A stretch of 64,000 bases of DNA from Microbotryum violaceum (lineage: Eukaryota). The translations under genes and the position numbers were made by a program. A model generated the notes under the pieces. That model had not been told where the DNA came from. It did no database searches and saw only the letters and a list, made by a program, of their open reading frames with translations. The DNA is taken from positions 1,054,001-1,118,000 of the forward strand of contig CDLV01000006.1 of assembly GCA_001244265.2 (NCBI GenBank), read 5' to 3'. Shown here piece after piece: positions 1 through 13,275 of the stretch. Every line of letters begins with the position of its first letter. The stretch's first letter is position 1.

Positions 1-1893
1 CCACAGCGGAGGGAGAGCCGTCGAGCACGAGGCCCAAGCGTGCCGACATTCACCCTGCCGCTCCACCGAATTGGAGCGATGTCTGCACAAATGTATGCAC
101 GAAAAGCTAATCTGATATGCACAAGAGAACACTGACGAATGCCATAACCTGACTGCACCTATCCTCGGCCTCCCAACATCGTTCCTCAAGGCACGGTCGA
201 GTTGCGTGGTCACGTTTCGGTATCGATAGATCGATCCACCGGGGCAACCCCTTCGAGCCGTCTCCTCGGACGAGTCGACTGCGACTTTTGGTGCCGTTCG
301 GGCGACCCGAGGCGCTGACTCGGGCGTCGCGTTTTGCTTGGCCTTGTTCGAAGTCGACACGACGGGTTCTCGACGAAGCGGATCCTCGGGTGCCTCCAAC
401 ATGAGCGGTGAGTATGCAACTTCTCCCTTGACGGCGCATGACGGGGCGGACATCGTTCGCGCTGGTTTCTTGCTCTCCCGTGCAAAGTTGTGCTCGCACC
501 GTATCGCGACCTTGGTGTCGAACTTGGCTTTTGTTTCGCTGATGCTGTGGTGACCTCCATGCTTTGGATTGGCGTTGCGAGGGAAGGCGGAGGGCAGCAG
601 GGGAGATACACGTTCGATCTTGGCAACTTTGTCAAAGAGCTTCTCCTTGCTGAAACGGACATTGCTGCCGCCAGGTGCGGTGATCGCGCGACGGGCGGCG
701 TCGGCGCTGAGGTTGGCGGTGGGGTCGTCGACGAGTTCGTTCTTGTCGAACAATGAATCGGATGCGAACAGGTACAATTGTCGAACGGCCCGGATATGGT
801 CGCAGAGTTCACGAATGTCGTCGGTGGAGAGCGCCGGGGCATTGATTGGCGGCCCGCGGGCAAGTCGTCCGTGAGCATGGTCGTTATCGCGGAGAAAGGT
901 GTTCAGTTGAAACAGAGGTTTATCGATCGGCACCTTGATTGGTGCCTTGAACCCCCACCCCTTGACCCCTCCAAATTAGTCGTTGCCGAAAAGGAACGAG
1001 AGGACGAAGCGGCCGTCAGAGTCGAGCACTTTCGAGTCGGCGTCGAGAGCGGCGAGGTCAAGAATATCGACAGACTCGAATCGTCTGCTGTTCGCTTGCT
1101 TGTGAGGGAGAATCCGATACTTCACAACCGATGCTGATATGAGCATGGCATAATCGCTGTCGCCGCTCACGAGGGCGGTACGTTCCGAGACGAGCTCGAC
1201 ACCGCCGATCGAGCCAAACTTGGTCGTGGCCGCGATGATCGGGCCCGTCTCGTGGGCGGCAAGGACAAACAATACATCGCCTTTCGAAGCGATCTTACCA
1301 CGCTTGACCTTCCGACCCTGTCCTTCAAAGTCCTCTTCCCATGGTTGGGCTGTTGGGAAGGCCTTGTTAAACGCGTCTTCCGAGATCACGGGGATGGGCG
1401 AAGCGGAGAGGACGGACGTCGTTCTCTTCTTGAGACGGCCCTCCACCGTGGCCCTTTTCAACTCGGGTCGGAAACGGGGATGATCAAAGAAGACAATGAA
1501 CTTGGTGGATTGCGAGTCTCGAGATGTCCAATCATGGATCAGGGACTGGATCATGCTGAGGAACTCGCGTGCTTGGCCGTGCGGGTGGGGGTGGGACGAG
1601 GGCGAGGGCCACAGGTAGGTAAAGGCCATTGCCGCATCGGAAATGAACACTACAGATTACACGGGGACAGTCAAGGTCATTACCATGTTGTCAGTATCTA
1701 ACCTAGTACTTGCAATGGAAGGCTCGGACGTGATGTGATGGGTCAAGGTTGCGAGAGAGAGCTCACCATTGACGTCGTGCTCGACGAGCGAACGTATCGC
1801 CTGCCCGACCGTCCTGCAGGACCCCCCCACCTTGCTTGCTGGCACTTTGGCCACGCTCGCGTTGATGTACTGCGGGCCGTACCTAACCCCCAT
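1..1893 (-). pseudogene. FEN1/XPG-like (PIN + H3TH) 5' nuclease-domain protein with two in-frame TAA stops; reading frame continues off the left edge
   Basis: ORFs 1657-1893 and 976-1650 and the open frame below 975 are all one frame. Motifs in order: MGV..., ISDAA, FIVFFD, SGDSDY, LFGND*FGGVKGWGFKA (H3TH GNDY..GV.G.G with Tyr replaced by TAA). Stops at 1657-1659 and 976-978. Confidence 0.65.
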
Positions 1894-3975
1894 GATGATT
1901 GGTTGGAAGGTCGGCAGGATAGTGTGGAGGACAGTTAGGAGATCTCGAGTGAAGCCGGGCCTGGCGGCGATCGAGTCGACCTAGCTCCGAGTCGGACTTC
2001 GCAGGGGACCGAGCTCAAAGCGAGGTCGCCCCAGCTCGGTCGGACAAGGCTGCTGGAGCAACAACCGCTGTACCTATCGCGGCGATCTCAAGGCTGGGGT
2101 GACCCTTCAATTTCAATCTATCTGCTGAACATTGTCCGAGCTCGATCGACAAAGTATTCGGTGTTTCCGAGAAGTGGATCGTTGAGGTCGATGTGGGGTA
2201 ATCGTGCCCCTGTCCGCCGATTTAGCTTCAGCTCGGCCGCGGCATTCGGCGCTCGGCGCTTGGCACGGGTGGTGTCATCGATATGACTCATGGCTCAAAT
2301 TCAAGCGAGCTCGGAGGCGCGCGCTTGTTCCGAGCCCCAGCCCTCAAAAATCAGCGATGACCTCGCCCACCTCTCTCTCGCTCCTTCTTTTCTCTTCATC
2401 GGCACTGGCTCTGCAACGTGGGCCTAGCAAATGTGGCGAGCTGTGCCTCATTCGGGTCCGGAACACCTCGACCAGCGTACCACACCGTATCCCACCCGAT
2501 CCGTGAGTACTCCCCTTATCTCCACTTCACCCCTTGCTTGCTCGATCGTTGTCGTTCGGGTGGGACGGCCGTGACTTTCGGACTCGTGCTGACTCGCACC
2601 ACCCCTCATGATCATCCTCACCTTCCACAGCCCCATGAAGGGCTTTCATCTTCGTTCCTGAGGACATCATGTTCGACCACGCACTTTCGACCTACTGCTC
2701 CGGGACGGTGAGTCGGCTTGTCGTGCGACGTTGCTGCGTGCGGTCGCATGGTCGGGAGGGGTCGCACAAGAGGAGGTCAACTTGACCTGACGGCGCTCAC
2801 CTTGCGACGTGGGCAATCCTGATGGACTGACACTACCATATGTTTGCTCATCTGCACTAGATTAATTTCGCCCCTCCTCCAAGCATGGACCTGTTCCGAG
2901 CTGGTGAGGAGGCGTGTTCGAAACGCAATCCGACTGTTGAATGGAATCTCGCCCACAGACGAGGTCCGTGCCCGACGAGGTCGAGTGTGTGCCGCCGGTG
3001 CCATATCTGCCTATGCGGTGCACACTGATCAACCAGTCTCAGGCACGAATACAAAGTCGAATATGTTCGCGCCCATACTGCTCCGGTAAAAGGTGCTAGA
3101 GTCTGCAAGTGTGGTCTCAGTCGACATCCTCGGTGTGGGGGGAAGGTGGGTGCTCGACCTTGATTCAGCCTTCCGAGCCCGCGGCGACCGACCCGCTTGC
3201 CACTCTCGAACTTGTGCTACAGACATGGGAGAGGGAGTGATGGGTTGTGGGGCGTCTGTTGTGGAGGTCAGAATTGGAGGGGTTCATTGCCGGTGAAGCT
3301 CACAAGATGTCGAAGTATGGTGAGTCAGCTCGTGCGACGTTCACCTCTCGCTCGTCGGTCGGTCGCACAGGGGGGTTCACTCCTTCGGCCTGGACGACGG
3401 CCTTGGACTCGGACTCGACCAGGCTCGCTCCATCATCATGCATCACCATGATTCAGCGTGCTGACTCTTTGCATTACTCTGTTGTTTTTCATCAGGTCAT
3501 CTCTCGACCTTCTTTTAATACTGGGTGGATCGTGCAGGGAATCTTTTTACAGTGAGTACTCTGACTCCTTGAGCTCGATGATCGCTCAAAGGTCTCTGTG
3601 AGGCTCGGCCGGGCGTTGACCAGGCATCATCCCCCGGCTCACGCGTCTGGGACATTTGTGGTTTTTGTTTTGTTTTGTTTTGTCCAGACCTGGCGGAAAC
3701 AATAGGCGCGCGTTTCTTTTTGTCCACAGTTCTTTTTTGTCGTAGACAGTACCGGTGGGCCCCCGAGCAGCCTTCCGTACGGGTTTGTAAGTTTACCCCT
3801 CCACCGACACTCATCGACACCTATCGACACTCCACCGGCCTCCAACGACCTCAAAAGGTGACTTGGTCTGAGATGCTCGCAATACTTAAGGACAACGTGA
3901 AATGCAAGCTTCTAAAACACAAGCACTGCAAGAACCGGTATACGAGATCCGTCGTTATGATATGCAACAAACCCG

Positions 3976-6285
3976 CTAAGCCTCCTCTTTCCTCCCCTCA
4001 CCACTGGGTAACCTCCGAACCACTGCCCGACCCACATCCCCTTGAATAGTCGGCGCGTCACAGCCCTTGGGTTCCACAACGACCTCCTCCTCCTTCAGTT
4101 CCGCCAATGCCTGAGCGGCGCGCTTCATCCTCTCCAACTCTTGCGCGAACGGACTGCGAGCTCGAAGGCGAGCGCCGTAGATGAAGAGCACGAAAGGGGT
4201 CACCGACAATAAGGTCGCAAGACCCGAAGTTAGGCCACCGGCACCTTGGATGCCGAGGCGGTCGTACAACGAATCCGTGAATAAAGGGAATACAGCTCCG
4301 ACAAGACTGAGAATAAGGCAGTCAGCTATAGCGCCTCCATCAATCGAGATACCAAGCGCATGCGACTCACTTTCGGGCAAATGACATCGCGGACAGGGCA
4401 GAACTAGCATAGAGGGTATAAGAATCGGCGAGGTAGCTGAAAACAGCCAGATAAATGAGGAGGATCCCTATTGGCGCAGAGGGAACGGGCGATGAGCCAG
4501 ATCCAAGGAGCGATACAATCATCGTCGCTCAACCCTCGCAACTCACCAATGTAGAGGATGCTGACGCAGATACACGGCACGATCCAAGGGATGGACGCGA
4601 ACGACGTGAAGGTAAAACTAAAGCATCCTACGGGGACGAAGATTCCTCCAGCCATGGCCGAGTACAAGCGAGCTTCGGGACCCCGTCGCCCGACTTCCTT
4701 GATGTACTTCTTGTTGCAGGAGTGGTCGACCACGAGGCCAACAGAAGCTCCGATGAATTGCGCAGCGTACGTCATTCCGGCTTCACCAATCGAAAAGTCG
4801 TACAGTTCGCCAAACACGAGCGGGAGCGAAACGAGTTGAATATAGAGGATGGCCCAGCAAAACGCGATGTAGGCCGAGAAGAAAATGAGGATCGGCTCGG
4901 TGGCGAGCATCTTGACTGGCCGCGACAAGGCCGTAGTCATCATGTGCGTGAACGACCCTTGCTCGAGGTCGAATTTGAACTGGTACTTTGAGTCACCCGT
5001 CTCTTTTCTCAGCCGAGCCGCTTTGCGCGTTAACAGCACAGATGCCCGAGTCTCGCGGGGGAGGACAATGCACCCCAGTGCGAGCGTGAAGAGCCCCGAG
5101 GCGCCCATGGTGATCCATTGGATGAGTCGAAAATCGTAGTTTTCTTCGACGTAGCCGAACATGATCGGCCCTAGACCGGTCTGCGAAGTGATTGATGCCG
5201 GGATCAGTCCACCGGACTGCGTTGCCTAGACAACGGCAATGCAAGGCGACCGACTGACCGAAGAAAACGCGCTCCAGGCGAAAATGGCCATCGGCAGGCC
5301 GCGCTCCTCGTCACTCCAAACATCGGCCAACGTTCCTCCGACGAGGGACACGGCCGTCGAGCCAGCACATCCACTGTACATATAAATTCCACGAATATAC
5401 CAGTACCCGTCAGTGGACTGGCTATTGCCATCGATTCAGCCCTGCTGTTGACACTCACGAGATGAAGCGCGCGACCAAGATGGTTTCGATATTCTGCGCC
5501 AGTGCTTGAGGCAAAAAGAACAAGGTGAAGATGAACGCCGAACCGAAATAGATCCAAGACCTTCCGTAGACCTCTGAAAAAGGGGCGATGATCAAAGGAG
5601 CCGCCTGCAAGATTCAACCGTCAGTACGGACAGGGATGAGTCAAAAAGGGGCTTTCCCAAGGACGAGTCGAGACGATACTCACGCTGAAGGTAAGGGTGA
5701 ATAAGGTCATACCAAGTAAAGCCATTTCCTTCGAAACACCCATTTGATCTTCTACTGAGCCGATAGAGATACTGTAAGCTGTATCACGAACGTGCACGTC
5801 AGCGCGGGTGTCGAGATGGTAGGGCCCCTATGGAGAGAACCGTCCGAGCGGACTTGCCTCGCCGACGACGCGGAACTGACCTGAGACGGAGAGCGACACG
5901 ATGGCGCAGAACATGATGCCGCTGCTCGACAGCAACCACTTTCTTCGGTTTGTCCAGTTACGCGGATTGGCAGGGTCACTGTGGTACAAAGTCGAAGCGG
6001 GGTCAATGAAAGTGTTCCTGGTGTCGGCAGCCCATCGATGCCGGGCTCAAGGTTTATGCATTTATGAGTCACCACGACGCGGCTGCGACGAGCGGGCGAC
6101 GGCGGCGGCGGCGACCATGCAACGAGGTTGTCACCACAGCGTGCCATGTGCCTCCTCTCAAAGGACAAGTACACCGCAACTCACTCTGGGCCATCCCAGC
6201 CGACCCAAACCACATCTCTGTGTTGCAAAATGTGATCTTGCACGACCAATGACTCGTCCAGCACGAGCGTGTTCTGGGTCGTCAT
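3976..6285 (-). CDS. MFS multidrug transporter, DHA1 family (multi-exon; start may extend to ~6517)
   Basis: Spliced exons give [68 protein letters not shown] and YGARLRARSPFA; stop at 3976. Confidence 0.9.
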
Positions 6286-7082
6286 CGATGAGTCGCTCGC
6301 AGAGGTCGGACGGCAGTCTGCCGCAGAATCGCGAGGATCGTCCCTAGGCGGCGCTGAGATCGATCGTAAGCTATTTCGCGGTCATGGGGCGATCATATCC
6401 GAATCTCCATGTACGACGGTCTAGATGAATTTGGTGGAAAGTAAAGGGAGCCTTGAGCGAAGGGTGGGGGATGGGGAGTGGGGAGAGCGAGCTGTAGTCA
6501 CAGGCGGGCCCGCGCATGGCCTCGCACGGCTGTCTCGGCCAGTCGGCAGGCTCGGCAAAGAAATCGGCACGAAAATTCGGCATGGAGCCGCCAGCTTGGT
6601 CATGCGCGGGTCTGATTGAATACCCAAGCGCCGCGCTTATAATAGTCAAACAAAATGATCGATGGCGTGCCATCGCCCTGTAGCCCCCTGAGAGCAGGAG
6701 CACACTGTACGTGGATTGCACTCGGATATCTCTACGGCGGGTTGTCTCATCGCACGTATCAGAACCTCCTCCGATGTATCGAGTCGACTGAGTCTAACCT
6801 CTGTACCTCGAACGGTAGGTGAAGCTCGATTCGAGGTCCGACACGGAGAGCAGAGATCGAGGGATACATCCTGACGGTTGACGGCGTGATTGGTGGACGA
6901 GACGGATCCTCAAGCGAGGAGACGGACCGCGCGCGTCGATTATAAATGTACACCGATTTTTTTAGATAAAAGGTAGTGACAGAAGATAAACATTGAAGAT
7001 GAAAAATAAGAACGCGAACGTAGACGACACGACAAAAATCGAGGTGGAGAAGGAAGCCGAAAGCACTGCAACGGGGAAGCAT

Positions 7083-9615
7083 TCATTCGAGTGATGCGGT
7101 TGGCTCGCGTGATCTAGTCCCTCGCTTTCTGCGTGTAATGCCTTCATCGGCTTCCCGAGCTTGCGCCTCAACGCCACTCGATGTGCTGTCCCAAACCTCT
7201 CCATCGCTTCCGATCGCCCGACGGCGTTTCATTCCCGTCGCCGAGCCATCGATCGCAGGTGGGGGCATCGCATTGACGCCGTCGGCGTGTTGTCGCTGCC
7301 GTTGGCGGTCAAGACCGATAATGCGGAGGCGCTCGATCCAGCTGTATTCATCATAGAAAAGGTACAGTCAGCAAAGAGACATGTCGGTCAGGATGACATT
7401 CCAGAAGCAACTCACTCTTCGGCACGCGCGACTGAGTCCGAAAAGATGCCAGTCACACCCCTGAGCATGTCCAAACTCTCTACGGCGAAAGTCAGGATGC
7501 GTTCGGCGGCGTCTTCGGTCGAAACTAGAGCAGTCGAGGTGCCTGCGCTCTCCGTCGTTGCTGTCGAGGAGGAAGGTCCCGGACTCGGTGCGGAGGCAGC
7601 GGCGTACGGATCCTCCATCCTCTCGGCTCGTGGTGTACTCGCAGTGCTATGTGCGCCTATCGACTGTGCCCGAGAATTCCTCGAACCTTCGATCGCAGAC
7701 GCCCACTTGACCGGCAGGCCCAAAATGCTCTGTCGGACGTATCGCTTGGCTTGCTCGGGAAGCGCCACGCCGGCGTACTTGGACACGACATCGACGACCT
7801 TTCGGATCGTCTCGACTACATCGTGCTTGATCTGGGAAAGGCGTGCCGATGCAGAAGCCGTGACGAGGGCGTCCGATTCGCGGTCGGTATGTGAGTGAAG
7901 GGAAGCGATGAATTCTCGGAGTGTCGCTATTTGATGATCCAGATGCGCCGTCGCGTACTGGAGGAGGGAACGTACAGGGGCTTGTGAGCAAGCCCGCGAG
8001 GCGCGAGGCGCGAGGAATACGTTAGAACACTCACTAACAGCCACTGAAGACAGTATCGCAAGCTCTTCAAACTCTCCTCACTGACTGCCGCACCCAGCCC
8101 TCCTGCCTCAACAAGCACCGTCTGCCACCTTGACCTCCCTTCGGCGCTGACCTGTTGAGTGCCCTGCAGTGGATCTTCATTGACCGCCCTCTCTTCTTCC
8201 TCCCCATCAATACCCATAGATGATCCTTTGCTACGCCTCCGTCTTGTCGAGGAAGAAGATTGAGCCATCTCGGCATCATTCGCTTTTTCATCGCCCTCTT
8301 GTTGAGACTGGATCGCTGGCAATGGTGTCTGGTCGGTCGTCGATGGGCTCGAGCCAAATCGGTCGAGTTGTCGGCACGCAAAGTCGTCGAGCGAGCCTAA
8401 TCGTAGGTTGTTGGCGATCGGTCGTCCGATGGTCGAGATGGACGACTCGACCACGCCAGCTCCGTACTATAGCGATTTTTACGAATGTCCGTGCACCGCG
8501 CCAGCGAGGACAAAGGTTCGAGCGCAGATTGGGATTATATGGCCGGCGTGGAGGACCGATGTTCCGCGTGATAGAGGGAAGTGCATACATTAAGGGGGCG
8601 GTAGCAGCAAAGGGGAAGGTGCGAGGTAAGAGGTGAAGGGGTCGACAGAGTGTAAAAAGAGTCAGTACACAGTCTCGGATCATGTCATTGCATGCCAGGC
8701 GCAAAAATGTGGATGTGCTGCATCAATGGCGGAAGCCGCTTTGACGGCCGGCCCGGATGGGCGCTCGCGGGGGCGAGTGCTAATTCGCCGAGTCGAGGCG
8801 CCGTCATCCGTCTGACATGCGACAGTCGACGCGCGCGCGCGCGCCGGGCGAGGGGAATTCCCATGACCAGACGAGAGGCTCGACGCCAGCATGGGGGGGG
8901 GGCAAGTACCGCGAGAAGAGAGCAAGACCACGACAGAGAAGATGCAACAGCACTGACCTTGACAACCCGAGAACTGGCCTTGCTCCTTTCGTACCATTCG
9001 ATTCCGCCTGAGACGATTGGCAGCTGCGACACGCGAGCGATGAAGTTTGGGTCATTCACGTTCACGTTCCCAGTTTCAGTTTCGGCGCCAGCTGCACTCG
9101 AGCTCGTGCCGTCGTCGCCGAGTCCTGACTTGTCGTTGCCGTCATAGTTGTGGTGCAAGTCGTCCGACATGGCGCCTTCGGATGTGCCGACGCTCGACGA
9201 GGTTCTCGTGTGGTCGAGATATGAGCTCGAGGTTGAAGCCGCCGAGCTCGAGGACGATGCGCCACCAATGATCGTCGACGGTCCGGTCCAGCCGCTAGTC
9301 CGACCGTTAGTGACCGTGTACGAAGTCGAAGAGGTGGCCTCGGATCCATGCGGGTGATCGGAGTGGTTCATTTGGGGTTGCTGCGGCGTCAAGGGTGGTG
9401 CGGTCCCTCCGTGACTGCTGCCCCCTCGCCTCATGATGCCGAGTGCAGCAATTGCCGTACGCATGTCCTCGTCCAGTCCGTCGTTTGTAGCACCACCTCC
9501 GGCGTGGTTCGCTGCTGCCTGATCGTCGAGCATATCCTCGTCCTCGGCTTGCGACATCGACGACACGGTTGAAGGTGATGGAGGTGATGAGCGAGGGAGT
9601 GCCCCGTTACCGTTA

Positions 9616-9667
<52 letters not shown>

Positions 9668-9818
9668 GGCTGCTCGTTAGGTCCGAATCGTCGTGATGTT
9701 GCTGCAATGCGCCGGTGGGTGGGTCGGCCACAGCGCTGCTCTCTTTGGCCGCCGCTTTGGCTTTCGAGCTCGACGGTTTGGTGGTCGTAGCCGCTGAGCG
9801 AGACGAGCGGGCGACCAT
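7083..9818 (-). CDS. OPI1: Opi1-family transcriptional regulator
   Basis: FIARVSQLPIV...YERSKASSRVVK|YGAGVVES; LDDFACRQLDR; SEESLKSLRYCLQWL|QYATAH; VVETIRKVVDVVSKYAGVALPEQAKRYVRQSILGLP; ILTFAVESLDML...AE|WIERL. GT-AG introns join the pieces in frame. Confidence 0.85.
9603..9667 (-). repeat. (GGCAAC)n hexanucleotide microsatellite encoding a Gly-Asn repeat in Opi1
   Basis: About 10-11 tandem ccgttg/ccgtta units on the + strand; translation GNGNGN... Confidence 0.95.
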
Positions 9819-10473
9819 GGCTGAGATGTGTCGGCTTGAAGGTCAATGCCAGTGATGTACCGAGCTGAGAAGGGTGGGGGCTGCTAATGACGCTGAGGAG
9901 GATCAACGAGATCAGCAGTAATCGTGATCAGTCGGAGGAGCCCCCCCTCCCCCACGCCCCTCGGCGCCTCTTCTCACGCGCTTCTTTTTGGATCGAAGTC
10001 CCAATCCCCGAGTACGGTGTCTTGCCTGTCATGAGTTGAATTTTGAATTTTGAATTTTGTTTCAGTGGCAAGCTCAGGTCCTTCACTTTCTAGGATCGTT
10101 GCAATAAACCTTCGACAAACTTTCCGGTCCAGTGACGTCTGACAACTCCGACTCGGAATCGGACACGGGGGGCACGGGGCCGTTGCGTTGACCTCTTCCG
10201 GGCTGCCTTTATACGAATACGTCGTCCTGAGTGCCGAAACAACGTCCCAACATGCCAGATCATATTTTTCGATCTATCTTCAGCTATGGTACGGCCTGCA
10301 GAGAAGTGTCACACCCAGAAACCATCAGGCTTGTCATCCGAGCTCGGACCCTCTCGGCTGCTCAGCGCCGTTTGCGCAATGAGCGGCGAAACCCATTCAT
10401 GGTCCATGTGATTCGAACAACCCCCTTGACAGACTCTTGATTGCAGGATTGTAATTTAGGCTCGAACCTTTCC

Positions 10474-12934
10474 TTAATGAGTGAACAGGCTGATCGAGGT
10501 AAGATGGAAGAGACCTGTCAGTGCTGCGCGTTCACACGCCAAACGAGGAGTAACAACTCACCGCAAGTCCGTCATGACGTAAACCGCCTGGTCCTCATCG
10601 GCGGTCTCAATGACCTTGGGGTCCATCACCGATCCACCAGGGGCAGCAAAGTACCCGACGCCGGATCGGGTTGCTCGCCAAACGTTGTCGGGGAAAGGGA
10701 AGAAGGCATCACTCGCCAACGAGACGTGACCCTTGATCTCGGTGAACCATTCGGCCTTCTCCTCCATCGTCAAAGGCGAAGGGGCCTTGCCCTCGGCAAA
10801 GAGACCCTCCCATTCTTTGCGCTCGGAACCACCGGCGGGAGCATCAAAGATCTCACCTGTAACGAAGACGTCGGTACCGTTGGCGCGGTCGGCGCGCTTG
10901 ATGCCGCTTCGCCATTCGAAAGCTAGGACGCGAGGGTGGTGACGCAACCACCATGCGTCGGCCTTGGAGCCTGCCAAGCGCGTGCAGTGAATGCGCGATT
11001 GTTGACCGGCGCCGATACCGATCGTTCCACCTCGGTAGGCGAAGCAGACCGAGTTGGACTGCGTGTACTTGAGCGAGGTCGTGGCGACAATCAAGTCGGT
11101 GAGAGCCTCACTCGAGATCTGAAGAGGCGAGTGTCAGAGCGGGCTGGATAATATGCTCATACACACTCTCAACGACAAGCGACCTCACCTGCTTGTTCTT
11201 GGAGACGATGTTGGTGAAGGTCTCGGCCGAAATCTTGGCATCGTTTCGGCGTTGCTCGAGCGAGATGCCGTAGACCTGACGGGTCTCGGTCAATCCAGGC
11301 TCGTAGGCGAGATCGATCTGTTCAAAGAAGATACAGCAACGTATCAGTCAGGTTTTCTCCAATCCTTCGCCGACTGTATTACTTCTCGAATGCGCCCCAC
11401 CTGCAACACGCAGTATTTGCCGCCCTTCTTCTTCTTCAAGATCTCAAGCGCGGTGGGCTCGTATCCAGGCGCAATGATACCGTCCGAGACTTCTCGCGAG
11501 ATGATTTTGGCTGTCGGGACGTCGCAGGTGTGGGAGAGGGCGATAAAGTCGCCGAATGAGCACATGCGATCGGCACCACGAGCACGGGCGTAGGCCGAGG
11601 CGATGGGGGACAGCTCTCCGACTCCAGCGACATCAAAGACCTTGATCTCCTCGTCGGACAACTTGGACTCGACGGCGGCACCTGCGGGCGAGACGTGCTT
11701 GAACGAAGCTGCAGCGGCCTTGGCGGGCTCGAAGGCCCTCGAAAGTTCAGCAACGAGAGCGTACGATCCGAGCGCATCGAGCAAGTTGATGTAGCCAGGC
11801 GAGCCCGAAAGGACCGAGAAGGGAAGCGTGCCCTCCTGAACGTAAGCCTGGGCAGGCTTTTGGTGGGGGTTCGCACCGTAGCGCAAAGTGAGTTGTTGGG
11901 CTCGCTCAGTGAGCAAAGCCTTGTCCTCGGGCGAAGCAGAGGCGATGCCGTCGGCGGAAGCGTATTGGCGGCGGAAGTAGTTGGAGATGGCCGTGTCGTA
12001 TTGCGACGTGTGGGTGAAGGCCTGCGTATTCGGATCGTAGTAGTGATCATCATTCTAGCAGGGACTTTGCAAAGACTAACCTTGACCGCCATCCTCCTCC
12101 GGAAGTCCTCCGTGACAGAGCCGTTGCCCTGCTTCCACTGGGCGAGGAACTCGTCGTAGTCCTTGGGGTCAGACAGGATGACGACTCGGTCGTGGTTCTT
12201 GGCTGCAGCTCGGAGCAGAGTCACACCTCCAATATCGACCTCCTCGACAGCCTCGGCAATCGAAGGAGGCGGAGTTCTGGCGATGGTCTCATTGAAGGGG
12301 TAGAGGTTGCAGACCACGACTGAGATAGGGGCGATCTTTTGTGCCTCGAGATCGGCGGTGTCGGAAGGAATGTTGCGCGCGAGGATACCTGCGAGGAAAC
12401 GGAATGCGATTACTTGAATGCGATCCATACACCAGTCATATTTCCGCTACTGACCTCCGTGGACGGCGGGGTGAAGGGTCTTTACGCGACCTCCGAGCAT
12501 CTCGGGAGCGCCGGTGATGTCAGACACGTCGCTGAAAAATTGGCGTGGTCCATAAAGTAGTCAATAGACACTCTTCCATCGTTGGTTAAGGTCCACTCGT
12601 CAATTCACCCAATTTCCATACCAGCTCCGCGAATCGCCTTGGCGGTTCCTCCCGAACCCAAAAGCTTGACGCCATTCGCCACGAGGCCCTGGGCGAAGGG
12701 CAAGAGACCGGTCTTGTCGTAGACCGACAGAAGGGCTGTTTTGGTGTGAATGTATGCGATGGCGGCGGCAGGAAGTCGATCGAAGCGATGCAAGAGGGAG
12801 GGAACACGTGTGGGGTTAGTACGCGGGTTAACGAGAATGGGTTCCAACGAATGGGAAACGCGGGGGAAGGCGCGGGAAGGCCCGAGTGTAACAGAGCGGC
12901 TTAGTGACTGACCGATGGGTTGTTGCTGCGACAT
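10474..12934 (-). CDS. ADE16: Bifunctional AICAR transformylase / IMP cyclohydrolase (PurH/ATIC)
   Basis: [113 protein letters not shown]16 and ADE17 cannot be distinguished. Confidence 0.96.
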
Positions 12935-13275
12935 GTTCGGCAGAGATGGGTGATGTGCGTTTCGGGGATGTGAAACAGCAGGAAGGACAGAAAAAGCTCC
13001 GCGAACGTGGTTCGAGTCGCCGCGACACCAGTACACTTCGCACAAAATGGCGCTCTCGGCGCGCAGTGCCTCGTGCTTCGGCGTGTCCGTTTCACCTCTT
13101 TCCTCTCCAACTCTCGAGTTCGTCCCAACATCGTGATCTTTGTTCGGCCAGATTATTTGTGCTATATCGCCCATCGTCCCGCGTGGCCGCCCAAACTTAT
13201 CCGGACGCTTTTCCCGTCGCCTGCAACTGCACCTCCGCTGCTTCGCAAGCTGCACTCTTCCGCGACTCGGCAACG

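Noticed and set aside
976-978. Stop-codon recoding or A-to-I rescue of the nuclease stops
   Set aside because: Neighbouring genes terminate normally at TAA, and editing would give Trp where the motif expects Tyr; pseudogenisation is simpler.
9603-9667. Regular repeat considered as a CRISPR-like array
   Set aside because: Simple hexamer microsatellite with no spacers, coding GN in a eukaryotic gene.
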